A stretch of DNA of 64,000 bases, from positions 18,786,001 to 18,850,000 of the forward strand of contig NC_042998.1 of the NCBI RefSeq assembly GCF_006345805.1. The letters run 5' to 3'. Each line of letters opens with the position of its first letter. Positions within the stretch are counted from its first letter, which is position 1. Below, piece by piece: positions 49,125 through 62,125 of this stretch. The DNA is from Octopus sinensis (lineage: Eukaryota). Both the position numbers and the translations under genes were made by a program. Below the pieces are notes generated by a model, which had not been told where the DNA came from, made no database searches, and worked only from the letters and a program-made list of their open reading frames with translations.

Positions 49125-52100
49125 TCATTTCAGGATTTCGGCACCAAGGCCCATTCGAGCAGAGAGTATATTTTGCGGAGACATATCCGGGTGTGGGTGT
49201 TTGTCCGGTACGGTTTGAAGGAATTTGTCCAAAGACTTCTTGAATTTTGTGTGGTCAGTTTCTTTTTTGACGTGTCCTGATGTAATGTTGAAGAGAGCGG
49301 GTCCAATTGAGGTGAAATAGTTGTGCCGTATTGTCGTTATGTGATGCGATTTAGATTTTTGTTTGGGACGGATGGCACGTGGTCCAAGCCTTGGATGTAT
49401 TTTGAAGGTGATGCCAACATCATTCGGACAGTGCTGATGGAATATTTTTCACATCATACAGATAATGTAGCGTTCACGGCGTCGTTGGAGTGAATACAAT
49501 TTCAGCTTCTCTAGTCTACCCCAGTAGTCAAGGTCTGACATGCCATCTATCCTTTTTGTGATTGACCTTTGGGGAGCTTCAATTCTCATAATATTTTGTT
49601 TTGTGTAGGGAGACCACAGTGGACAGCAGTATTCAAGGTGGGGTCGGGCAAAAGTGGAGAAGAGAAGAATAATAGCGTGGGAATCTCTCGACTGGAAGGT
49701 TCTGAGAATCCAGGAACACATTCTGCGGGCCATGTCAACTTTGCTGCTTATATGTGTAGCCCAGCTTATGTTGTTGTCCACTGTTACTCCCCAGTCTCTG
49801 ATGTTGTTGGATGCCATGAGAATTTCTCCAGAAGGAAGAGAGTATGGGAGTTTCAGAGCGTCCTCCCTTCCAAAGTGGATCAGTTCGAATTTGTCTTCAT
49901 TTAGCAACATGTTATTCTTTTCCGCCCATTGGACAACAGCCATAGGTCTGACTGAAGGTTTATTCGGTCATCCACGCCATTGATGACCTTCTGGAGCTTG
50001 GAATCATCAGCGAAGGTTCTGATGTTACTGTGTTTGATGGTGTCAGTAATATCATTTATGTAGATGATGAAGAGAAGTGGGCCCAACACAGTGCCTTGTG
50101 GGACACCACTGCTGACTTCGGCTGGGCTGGATTTGACTCCTTCGACTACAACATGTTGGGTTCTGTTAGACAGGAAGCACTTGATCCACTGCAGCAGCTT
50201 TCCAGTGACACCAATATTGGACAGCTTTCTCAGAAGGATCTTATGATCAACCCTGTCAAAGGCCTTGCTGAAATCAAGGTAGATGACATCAGTGTTGGAA
50301 CCTCTCCCAAGGCTCTCAAAATGTCATCAAAATGATGCAGTAGCTGCGTCAGGCAATCTCTCCCATTACGGAATCCATGCTGGTTGGGGTTCAGCATATT
50401 ATGACTCTCAAGGAAGTGAGTCATACGCGATCTCAGCACCCTCTCAAATACCTTGATGATATGTGAGTGAGTGAGATTGGACGGTAATTCACGGCAAGCG
50501 ATTTGTTTCCTTTTTTGAAAACTGGGACAACAGACTGGGATAGAAGGTCTTCTGGTATATATCCAGCATCCAGTGAGTCCGCCACAGATTGGCTAGAGGG
50601 GGTGCAAGTTGGTTTTGACACATCTTCAAGACACAAGCCGGAACCTATCGGGACCTACTGCTGAATTATGCTTCATTTCCTTTATTGCTGCTAAGACATC
50701 AGGAGCGCCAAATGTTATGTCCGATAAAGTGTATTGGGGAGTAACATCACTGATACAGCCCAGATCAGTCATATCAGGATTGCTGAAAACAGAGCAATAT
50801 TGTTTCTGCAATATCTCTTCCATGGTTTTGGCATTGTCTTGAAGAGTACCATTTTCATCAATCAGAGGGCCAACAGTAGAACCAGTGACTCTGTGTTTTT
50901 TTGCAAATGAAAAACACTTTGGGATTGAGTTTGATCTTCTCAATGGCCCAGGCCTCTTCAGCTCTTCGCTGACTATTGATGATAGACATCATGTTGTTTT
51001 GGAGTTTATGTTTTTTAATCTCTAGCGACGAGATGCCAGTCAGGTTGGTGTGTTGCTGTTGACAGTATTTCAGCATGTTGATCTTTTTGTTAATTCTTTT
51101 AATTTTCCTTATGAGAGATTTTCTATTTCTAGGGATTCGACACTTAGATTTGTTTGCAGATCTTAATGGGGTGTGTCTTGCACATATGTTCGTGATGGTG
51201 TCTACAAGTGACTGCCAGGACTTTTTGATGTTAGTGGGTGTGTATGTGTGCGTGAAGGACCAATCGACTTGTGCAAGATCATTATTGATCGCTTCCCAGT
51301 TTGCATTGTGGAAATCCATAGTGTCAAATGGATGAACAGGAGGGATGACATTTGTTTTGCATTTTGGCCAGTGAAATCTCAGATCACAGAGAACCATGTC
51401 ATGGTCGGAGAGTAGGGTTTCCTCCACTGCAATATTGTGGATAGTATCAGTGTGATTGCTGAAGATTAAGTCTAAGACGTTTTTATGACATCTCGTTGGT
51501 TCGAGTACCAGTTGGGACAGGAAGAAATCATCCATGAAGTCAAGAAGCGATTCCACTGCCTCCCTGTCAGGGGTTGAGAGAGAAGAACCTGGCGGCAGAC
51601 TGTTTGTAGACCAGTCAACCCCGGGAAGGTTGAAGTCTCCCATCATTAAAATGTTGTCAGGTTGACACTGCTGAATAAAACACTTTATGCTGTTGAGGCA
51701 TTCCTTGAAGCATGGTAGGGGCGTTTGGGGTGGTCTGTAGAGCCCAACTACTGTTAAGTTGTTGGTTTGACTGAATACAGCGACTGCTTCGCAGTATCCA
51801 TTTGAAAATATGTTCATGGCTTCTGTTGAGAATGAATCATGGACATAAATGGCAGTCCCACCCTTTCTTCTGCCAGCACGATCAGCACGAATGGTTTTGA
51901 AATTTTTAACTTTCACCTCGGCTTCCAAGTGAGGTCACTAAGATGGTTTCAGTGAGGACGAAGAAGGGATGTGGTTGGATGGGCCTCGACCCAGTCCTCC
52001 AGGAATCTTATCTTCCATTTTTGTGTATTGGTGGAAGGGCTGATGCCTTGGGCATTAAGCAGAAATGTTGAGGCGAGAGTGGATGGTTTTAATTGTTTTG

Positions 52101-52134
52101 GTGATTTGTTTATTTGATTGCTTTTTAATGGCAT
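49125..52134 (-). pseudogene. LINE ORF2: APE-type endonuclease plus reverse transcriptase (frameshifted)
   Basis: LLNAQGI, RKGGTAIYV, GLYRPP, GDFNLP, LDLIF, SDH; YRPISLT, NQHGFR, VPQGTVLGPLLFIIYIND, FADDSKL, RPHLEYCCPLWSP. Split over about 7 ORF-track pieces with one in-frame stop. Confidence 0.92.
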
Positions 52135-53387
52135 GTGCAGTGGGGTAATAGTGGTGGATGGTGGTGGGTGATAGCTCGGATGTTTTTTCCAGTTCTTTTG
52201 CTAGATTCATTATAGCTAAAAAAGAGGAAGAAGAGGTGGTTTCCTGTCTAGGGAACTGTAGGTGACTGTGGTTGTGGTTATTTTTATATGAGTGGTTATC
52301 TTTAAATGTCCGACGAGTCCCCGGGAGATGGGTAAAGGGAATCCCTGTGCAAACACAATCTGTCTCGCTGGGAATAGCGGCAGATTTGGGGATTCCTTGT
52401 TTGAGATTTGGTGGTTGGTGTGGTGTTGTATTATGGTGGTTGCTGTTGTAGTTTGTGGGGATAGAGCGTTTTGTTCCAGGTAAATGGGTGAATTTGCAGT
52501 CTCTATCAGTGCACAGTCTATGGTGAAGAGAATATCGGCAAATGATGGAGTTTCGAGTGGGTGTGTAGGTGCGTGTGTGTGTGTGAGTTGTGAAAGGTGT
52601 AGATGATAGTTTGTTGAAGTTTTGGCGACCTTTGTGACCTGTAGGAGGTAAATTCCTTGAGATAGCATTTGTAGTAGTAGTTGTAGTAGTAGTAGTAGGT
52701 AGAAGAGATGTTGACAGTGGTAATGATTGAGGAGGTCGATTCCAAGACAAAGATGTTTGTCGATACATAGTGGGAGTAGTACTAGTAGTAGTAAGCAGAG
52801 GAGATGGTGTTGACAATGATGATGATTGAGCTGCTGGGGCAGTGAAAGGAAGGGGTTGTGCTTCCTGCTGTGTGACCCTGATAACTGGGGGTCAATCGTT
52901 TCGTTTAGCAAATCGGCCATTGTAGATGAATCAAGGAGTGGTTCATCCTGTTGTTGTTGCCGCTGCTGAGGTTGTTTTGTTGTTGTTGTTGTTGCTGCTG
53001 AAGTTGTTGTTGCTGTAGCTGTTGTTGTTGTTGTTGCTGCTGAAGTTGTTGTTGTTGCTGTAGCTGTTGTTGTTGTTGTTGCCGCCTAGCTTGTTGTTGT
53101 TGAGGTTGTTGTTGTTGTTGTTGCGCCGGTGATGCGTTCGAAGAGCAAACACATCTCAGTTTATCGAAGTGTTTATTTATTAATTTAAAAGCAACTTCGA
53201 TTTGTTTTAATTTATTTTGTATCTGCTGTTCAGATCGAGTTTGCAAATGGTGAACTGTTCGTTTAGCAATTTCGTTCAGACACGAAGCACCTATGCTCTC
53301 TGTTTCGGTAAGGCCATGCCATGTGGTGATAAGAACGTCGACTTCATTATCAGACCAGTTTTTGTTGGATTTTTGGTGGCTAGCCAT
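52055..53387 (-). pseudogene. LINE ORF1: Myb/SANT-like N-terminus, poly-Q, T/S-rich linker, CCCH finger (2 frameshifts)
   Basis: NWSDNEVDVLITTW..EIAKR..RSEQQIQNKLKQI; about 50 Q-rich residues; CRYSLHHRLCTDRDCKFTH. Confidence 0.7.
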
Positions 53388-53831
53388 TCTGCTTGATATG
53401 TTTTATTAAATTTTATTTTGTTCGTTTGTTTTGTTGATTACTTTTAATTATTTTTTTTAAGGAGAAGTATGTAGAATTGATTGTACAGAATGTTTGCTGT
53501 AATACTGAGAAGTTTGTATTTGAATTACGAGCTTGTAGTTATTTTATCTTTCCTTTCTTTTCCTTTTTTCCCCTCTTTTTCCAATTTTTAATGTGTGGGT
53601 GATCCTTTAGTTATCAGAAGGTGTTTGAAAATATTTGGTCGTTTGAAAATTATGAAAATAATGAAAATAGTTTGTGGTTAAGGAAAAGTCTACTCACGAG
53701 TTGGGAAAAAGCGTGGTTTCAAATATACAGGAATATATGTGATGGTCAATTTCGACGAATGTAGCTGTGAAGCTTGCTGCTGACCGGCGCAGAGAGGGGC
53801 AAAAACACGTCTTTATACTTCAACAATCAAA

Positions 53832-53834
<3 letters not shown>

Positions 53835-53869
<35 letters not shown>

Positions 53870-53909
53870 TATATATATAGTATATATATATATGTATATA
53901 TAATATATG

Positions 53910-53940
<31 letters not shown>

Positions 53941-54020
53941 TATGTATATATATATGTATATATATATATACATATATATATATATGTGTATATATATACA
54001 TATATATATATATGTATATA
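53835..54020. repeat. (TA)n tract flanking the LINE 5' end
   Basis: Read directly from the sequence. Confidence 0.95.
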
Positions 54021-54646
54021 AATGCATATGTATGGATTGAGGGAGAGAGAGAGAAGGACAGAGGGTGTTAGGAGGATGCATGCGTCTTTATTAAATCATC
54101 TATACAATGAAAATATATTTAGAACATTTATTCTAAGACCAATGACCTATAAAATCCAATAAGCCTCTTTATTTCATTCGCGAAATTAAATCAAAGAAAT
54201 GTATATCGTGTGAAGTGCTTGTAAGTGCACTTATAACATGACAGTTTACGTTATGGAGTTTTGGTATACAATGTCATGTTATATTTGATTTAATTAACTT
54301 TCTTGTTCCAAAGTGGCGAGAATGTACTTATATTTTACTTACATCCGTTAAAAGCTTTCAAAATAAAAATATTTCAAATTTAATCTATGTCTATTTGGAA
54401 ATGTCAATATATTTAGTATCGTATACCTACATACATATATACATACATACACACACACACATATATATATATGTATATATATATATTTAATAGTATATAT
54501 ATATATGTATATATATATAAATATAAATATAATATATACATATAACATATATATATATATATATACATATATGTATATATATATGTATATAATATATACA
54601 TAATTATATACACATATATAAATACACACACACACACACATATATA

Positions 54647-54687
<41 letters not shown>

Positions 54688-55125
54688 TAGTGTAATATTT
54701 ACAAACATACATGTACACATACATAGAAACGCACACACATGTGTATGTATCTATGTTTTATATATCTGTATCTCTGTATGTATGCATGTATGCATATATA
54801 TATATATATGTGTGTGTGTATGTGTGTGTGTGCGTGTGCGTGTGTGTGTGTGTGTTGGTTATACCCTATGTATGTATGCTTACTTGTATGTAGGTGCATC
54901 ATTTCTGTTTATTGCGGAACGGATGGAATAAGTATAACAAATATAAATGAAAATTAAATATTTTGAAAAACATTTGGAACTGGACGTTGATACTTATTGG
55001 AAACCGTCACAAACGGATAACTCGAAATTGTTTCTGCGTTAAATATATCGACAGCTTTTTTGCTTTCCACCGTACTACTAGTTTATATATAACATTCTCA
55101 AATGCTGAAAAGTTACACTGATCAT

Positions 55126-55167
<42 letters not shown>

Positions 55168-55808
55168 GTACTGTTGCGTGACAGAAAGATCAACAACAAT
55201 TACTCTATCTTGAGAGAGATAAAAATTATTTATTTAAAGGCCACAATATATGTCTTTAAAAGTACTAATAGTCTCATATGTTGAGAAGTATCTCAAACAT
55301 TCGCATGGCACAAACCACATATGATAACGAGCTAAATATTTGAATCAGATCCATAAGTGTGTACTGAACTCTAGTTCTGAAATTATCAGCAGTTACAAAC
55401 ATATGTATAAACACATTTTAAAGAATTGGAAAATTCCAGCTTTAGACCTCATAAACATGTTGATATCTTTCCAGCTTTGTAATTTGAGGTCTAAGAAGGA
55501 TAATTCTTTTATTTGTTTTTAAATGTTCGTCTTACGTTTTTCGTTTTCCGTTTTTGTATTCTTCAGCGTATTCTATATGCTGCCTCCTCAACTCTTTTGC
55601 GTGTCTTCCTTTCTTTACTTTATTGACTTCTTTAGGACTTGTTTTGTTCCTGATTAATATATATATATATATTTCAGATATTTCTGAACATATGAAGCTT
55701 TTAGTAGCACCGAAAGACATGTATTGATGTATTGCGATGTCTAAATAAATTATATATGTATATATATATATTATATATATATATATATATATAGGCAATA
55801 CTAGTTAA

Positions 55809-56238
55809 TTAAGCATTTTATTTGATCAAATTCATCCTATGATTGCAGAACTGTTTCCGGAGCGAAATGCAATCTTTCAGGATGATAATGCACCAATTCA
55901 TACAGCTAAAGTTGTAATTGAATGGCACGAGGAAAATTCTAGTGAAATTGAACATCTTATCTGGCCAACACAGTCCCCAGATCTCAATATTATTGAACAT
56001 TTATGATGCGTTTTAGAAAAACAAGTAAGGAGTCAATATGCTCTACCATCATCACTCCAAGAAACAGAGACTCTTTTAGCTGAATAATGGACAAAAATTA
56101 TTTTGGAATCAATTCAAACTTTGTACGTGTCCCTACCTCGTAGAATACAAGCTGTAATTACTGCCAAAGGCGGTTCTACTCCATATTAAAATAAATTTAT
56201 TTGAGATTTTGAGGTGTTTCCATTATTTTGTCCAGCCT

Positions 56239-56243
<5 letters not shown>
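55809..56243 (+). pseudogene. Tc1-type transposase C-terminal remnant plus right end
   Basis: AIFQDDNAPIHTAK..WPTQSPDLNIIEHL*..SLPRRIQAVITAKGGSTPY*. Two premature stops. Ends at a TA before (TG)n. Confidence 0.9.
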
Positions 56244-56278
<35 letters not shown>

Positions 56279-56631
56279 CGCCAAACGCAATTAATATTTC
56301 ATAATTAAAGTAATTTTATATCTTTGGTTTAAATTTAGTTCGCTTTATGTTTTCAATTTTAAAATATGTTAGTATTTTCTTTACAATTCGTGTGCTTTAT
56401 TAAATTTTATCTTTAGCGTTTTTAGTTAGAAATATTCGTTTGTATTTATTAGATATTGGTCTCCATTGGTTTATTCCCAAATCGTGTGATTTCAAGTCGA
56501 TTGAACACTGATAGTTGAAATGATATGCTATTGTGAATGTTTACATTTGGAGTGTTTTAATTATGCATACAAGCTTTTGTTAAGAAGCAATTCGTATTGT
56601 TATGTTCTCAGTAATTAATCTGTATTCTCTT

Positions 56632-57035
56632 ATTTGCTTCAGTCATTTGACTGCTGTCATGCTGGAGCACCGCCTTTAGTCGAACAAAAATTACCGCAGG
56701 ACTTATTCTAAGTAATCCTGGTACTGATTATATCGGTTATTTTGTCGAACCGCTAAGTTACGTGTACGCAAGCACACCAACATCGTTCTCAAGCGATTGT
56801 GGTGGGGACAAACACAGATACAGAGACACACACACACATACACACACACATACACACACACACACGCACACAACACACACACACACACCACACACACATA
56901 TATATATACATATATACGACGTACTTCTTTCAGTTTCCGTCAACTAAATCTACTCACAAGCCTTTGGTCGGCCCGAGGCTATAGTAGAAGACACTTGCCC
57001 AAGGTGCCACGCAGTGGGACTGAACTCGGAACCAC
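56632..57035 (-). mobile_element. SINE family B, head truncated at the junction with SINE A
   Basis: Family B match up to CGGAACCACG. Confidence 0.85.
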
Positions 57036-57265
57036 GTAGCAGGGTGGTGGTGAACCCTGCTGTACTCTTTCACCACAACTTTCTCTCACTCTTTCTTCCT
57101 GTTTCTGTTGTACCTGTATTTCAAAGGGCCAGCCTTGTCACACTCTGTGTCAAGCTGAATCTCCCCGAGAACTACGTTAGGGATACATGTGTCTGTGGAG
57201 CAGCGTGTTCCAGTTGATCGGATCAACTGAAACCCTCGTCATTGTAACCGATAGAGTGCGCGATG
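57036..57265 (+). mobile_element. SINE family A, tail variant 1, headless
   Basis: Reverse complement of the 21602-21860 segment. Confidence 0.8.
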
Positions 57266-57444
57266 ATGTTCAATAAATAATTTTCGCATAATTTTAATAA
57301 TATATAGTTTTTCATTTTTATAGATCTTGGGTTAACAATGTTCATTTTGATGATATTTCTATTTTATATGTTTTAATTTTCAATGGTACTGCTCTATAGC
57401 TGTAGATATGCGATACTTTCTTTTTAGAATTAATACCATTATTT

Positions 57445-57640
57445 TTTATTTTTTACTGCCCACAAGGGGCTACACACAAGGCAGACAAAGGGATTAAGTC
57501 GATTATATCGACTCCAGTGCGTAACTGTTACTTATTTAATCGATCCCGAAAGGGTGAAAGGCAAAGTTGACCTCGGCAGAATTTGAACTCAGAACATTAA
57601 GACAGACGAAATACCGATAAATATTTCGTCCGGCGTGATA
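57445..57640 (-). mobile_element. SINE family C monomer (diverged)
   Basis: Matches the family C unit. Confidence 0.75.
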
Positions 57641-58224
57641 ATCTGTACATTTTATTCATGTTTTCATGTATAACCTAGATCTTTGAGTCCTTTTCTACAG
57701 TCCATACACTGAGAATAACCCGTATCTAGGATATAATCTCAATTACTTATAAATATAGCTGTATTTGTGTATGAAATCCGTGTTCGCACACACCGTCATA
57801 CAAGCATATTCACATGCTTGTAAACACTGTGAGTATTTTTAGATATACATAGTTAGTGAGTTAGTCTACACGAATAGGTGTTTATTTTATTAAACCTGCT
57901 CAGCACATAGAATATATGAAACATAATACACTTGATATTGTTACATTGATGTGAGGGAAAAAGGAAATGCATACAAATAAACAGATGTATAGTTATATTG
58001 TTATGCTTGGATGAATATCACGGTTAATCATGTTATTGAGTTTTGTCTTAATGTATATATGTATATACATTATATATCATAAAGTTGTGATCGTAGTTTC
58101 AAATATCCTGTTTATGCATGAAACGTAATGTCGACATTTTTTCGTAACATGTGCATATTAAACACACGTATACAACACACAAAGACACAACAGGGCGTTT
58201 AGTGCTCACACCTTGCTTGTAACA

Positions 58225-58620
58225 AATCTATATATATATAAAGCTGAAGTTGTCTGTGTGTGGCAGGTTTGGTAGGCTTCCACTAACACTATCTCCTCCG
58301 AGACTCTGTGGCGCAAGTTGACCAAAATTGAGAGTATAATAGAAGAAGGCTTGCTCTTCATTCCGTAGAAGATAAAATTCAAATCGGATGATGTTAACAC
58401 CAAAAATTATTTACATAAAAGGGGGATTTTTTCTATGAAAATCCCTGTTTTGTTACGATTTTTTGACCGCTGTGTCGCCATTTTTCGGTGTATTTCAACC
58501 AGCAAAATGTTCACTTAAAAAGAATAACAAGCTACATAATGCAAAATTTTTACTTTTCAAAAATTCCAATTCTAAAGGGTCGAAACAAACCCGAGAAACG
58601 CCGGGCGATACTGCTAATAT
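58225..58620 (-). mobile_element. HINE-like element, second copy
   Basis: Reverse complement of 12381-12773, about 80 percent similar by eye. Confidence 0.7.
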
Positions 58621-59540
58621 ACAGTATAACTCTAGAACATATTTAAGAAAGGACGTATGATTGAATTAGGTAATTGCATACCATTCGCGATACATATACA
58701 TCACATACAGAAAGGATAGAGATATTCATATAGAACATTTTAGTAAGATAAACAAACTAATATATACACCATCTGTAAACTTGTAATACTTGCAACTAGG
58801 TAGAGAACACATTTAACGCACATGCACAGGCATGAAAAAAATACATACAAATGCGCCACACAAATTTCTAGTGTGCCCTTAAATACTTATATTCAAACAA
58901 AAGCTTGAATGCTAATTGTAAGGTCTGTTTTTGGGTGTGTCGGTGAATACAGTTTAACGGAAATAAGTCACATATATGCCTATATCCATTTCTAAATTAT
59001 AGATAAAGAGATAATTAATATACGTGGATGTAAGCATATGTTTGAAGAAACTACTTGGCAGAATATTTTTTACACCCACACTTAAATGTATATGTATAGA
59101 CATTTGTGCCTGCCAGACCATGTCGTAGTTAATCTTAGCGAGGTAATTTTTGAAAGAGTGTCGAATAACTAATTAAAAACTAATTAGAAGCATTCAAAAT
59201 ATCTGTGAGAAGGGAATAGCAAGAAAGAAATAATCCAGAGAATATTAGAACAAAAACATTCCGATGACTATCAGCTTAACGGGGTATAAGTAAAATATTT
59301 CGAAATACTAAACTCATTTCACCAATCCACAAAACACAACCGGGTCCCGTAGTTTCTTTAGAAAGCAGCAATAATTGCAGTTCTTTATAAGTAGACCAAC
59401 ATTAAGTATTACTGATACTTACAGATCTTCTAAGAGCACATATGGACGGGAAGATCCAAGAACGAAAATAAATGACGATATTTAAGCAAATGATTATTAA
59501 TCTAAACCAGACTTTTCGTTGCTCTCTGAGAGTTCATATA

Positions 59541-59735
59541 CGAGAAGTTCCTGGCTTTAAGGGCATCAGGAAAGGCTTGGCTAGAGGCCCAAATCCGAGT
59601 TCTTTTGCTGGGCTTAAAAAAACTGAAGGACCGCTATAATGAGCGTGTGAATCCGAGAGGGGAATATCTTGAATAAAATGATAAATAACTGGTCCTCTTC
59701 TTGCCCAAAGCCAAGAAATTTTCAGTACCCTCTCA
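59541..59735 (+). mobile_element. Mariner-derived MITE with TA TSD
   Basis: TA|CGAG..AAGTTCCTGGCTTT ... AAAGCCAAGAAATTTTCAGTACCCTCTCA|TA. Residual GLKKLKDRYNERVNPRGEYLE*. Confidence 0.7.
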
Positions 59736-59835
59736 TATACAAGACACACACACACACACACACACACAAATACAAACTCACATACGTGCACACTCGCATA
59801 TATATGTATCTATGTATGCATTTGCATATATATGC

Positions 59836-59877
<42 letters not shown>

Positions 59878-60077
59878 TTTATATAATATATATAATCAAA
59901 ATAAGCAACAAGAATATCTCCGGTAATTTGTTACGATCGTTTTACGCTACATCATTTTATTAAATATTGTAAGTATTACAACAGTTTTAAAATGGGAGCA
60001 ATCATCAGTCATATAGAGAGGTTTCCATTAATACATAATTTCATATTAATTATATAATGTATATATATATATATCCA

Positions 60078-60118
<41 letters not shown>

Positions 60119-60884
60119 CATGTATACACATACAATATACAGATATATATATATATCAAACGTTTTAGAGGTGACTACTTTTCCTTAGTATACATTTCAT
60201 GAATTGAGTGATGGGGGAGTGAAGAATTTTATAACAACAGTGAAAGTTTCGAGACAGCATAAAGAATGCACTCATTGTTTAGGCTGTGGTAATCTGTGTT
60301 TTCAGCTATGAAAGTTCGCTAAATCAAGCGGATTACCGACCGTCGCTGCAATTTACGATGCGGCGTTTATCCTAATCACTGCTTCTATATGCTACATCAA
60401 AAACGGTCATTCAAAATAAAGCTCCCAAACACCGTATCAGGGATCAGTACCGAGGTGTGGATCTTTTGGTACAGGGCCGCACTGAAGGGATAGATTTTAA
60501 AAATTCCTTTCTCTTATATTGATTATCACAGAATCCATAGTGCTTATGCATCATATTTGTAATAATCAAATTTTATATGATATTCAATATATTGTGTCCT
60601 GTTATGTTCCTGAGCCCCTTATGCAGAAATGTTATCTTGCATAGAATTGATCCATAGTGCAATAATTGGTCGGGGATCAGTTGTTTAAGCTATAATTTTA
60701 CATATCACATAATATTCCTCAGCTTTTCACTGCTTTTACTGTTCATATGGGAATATTCAGCACCTTATTTTTTCTATCATTGCAGGCATCGGGACAATGC
60801 AGCTAATCTACATACTAATATAACATTTTAAATGTCAGAAACATGGGGTCCTTGTACATGGGCGCTTCATTTGCTAGAGTACCT

Positions 60885-61243
60885 TTTTATTCTTTTATTT
60901 GTCCCAATCATATGAATGCGGCCATGCTGGAGCACCGCCTTTAGTCAAACAAATTGACCCGAGGACTTTTTCTTTGTAACCGCTAAGTTAAAGGGACATA
61001 AACACACCAGCATCGGTTGTCAAGCGTGTGTGTGTGGGGGGGGGCAACCACACACATACATACACAAACGCGAACAAACATGTATAGAACGGGCTTCTTT
61101 CAGCTTCCATCTTCCAAACACATTCACACAGCTTTGGTTGGCCCGAGGTTATAGTAGAAGACACTTGTCCAAGGTTCCATGCAGTGGGACTGAACCCGGA
61201 AGCATCTAGTTCGTAAGCAAGGTACTTACCACACAGCCACTCG
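60885..61243 (-). mobile_element. SINE family B (old, diverged)
   Basis: Family B match. Confidence 0.75.
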
Positions 61244-61254
61244 TTTAGCTGTTA

Positions 61255-61480
61255 TATTTTACTTGTTTCAGACATTTGACTGCGGCCATGCTGGGGCACC
61301 ACCTGAAGGATTTTAGTGGAACAGATCAACCCCACTGAATGACCTTTTGATATTAAGCTTCGTACATATTTTTACGTCACTTTTGCCAAACTGCTACGTT
61401 AAGGAGACGTAAACACACGGACACCGGTTGTCAAACGGTCTGGGTGGAACAAACACAGATACAAACTCACACACACATAT

Positions 61481-61520
<40 letters not shown>

Positions 61521-61710
61521 TTGTTTACGTACACTTATATACGACGATTTTCTTTCATTTTCCGTCTAACAAATCCACTGTCATAGCTTTGGTCGTCGCG
61601 AGGTTATAGTAGAAGACACTTGCCCTTGGCGCCATACAGTAGGACTGAACCCGGAACCACGTGGTTGAAAAGCAAGTTTCTTACCATACAGCCGCGTCTG
61701 CTCCCTATGT
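61255..61710 (-). mobile_element. SINE family B (old, diverged)
   Basis: Family B match, in tandem with the previous copy. Confidence 0.75.
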
Positions 61711-61809
61711 AACTAAATCTTTCTCAAATCATAGCCTGTAGTCTATATTGAATAAGGTATAAGATAAATTGTTATAACAGAGAGTCAGTGAACGCATGAA
61801 ATTACTTGC

Positions 61810-61987
61810 CTACAACTTCTCAATTGCGGCTGCACGGTCGATGAGCAGCCAGAAAAACAACAGCAGCAGCTGTGGCAGCGTAGTAGAGGCAGGCGGTTTG
61901 GTTCCCGTATGTTGTCTTGCGTTGCGTAGATAATTGTTCTCCTCAATATTATTCAGTTGAAGGGAGGGAACTCCTTTACTCTACAAA

Positions 61988-62025
<38 letters not shown>

Positions 62026-62125
62026 TAGATACCAGGGGATTGCTCTGATCCAACTCACGAAGTTTGTTATTAATTACAATTTTCTCCATAGCTATTGGTC
62101 GAAATGATGAAGCTTTATGAAACAT
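61810..62125 (-). CDS. Candidate coding exon(s) with a hydrophobic segment (unverified)
   Basis: 62125-62033 and 61980-61810 join in frame across a 52-nt GT..AG gap, giving 87 aa ending TTLPQLLLLFFWLLIDRAAAIEKL*. No homology recognised. Confidence 0.25.

Larger units (their letters stand above)
49057..53834 (-). mobile_element. Apparently full-length CR1-group LINE (about 4.8 kb) inserted in (TA)n
   Basis: 5' UTR, ORF1, APE endonuclease plus RT, and 3' UTR are collinear. TA tracts lie on both sides. Confidence 0.88.

Noticed and set aside
52905-53387. Host poly-Q transcription factor gene
   Set aside because: It is collinear and contiguous with LINE EN/RT inside a TA-bounded element, so it is better read as ORF1.
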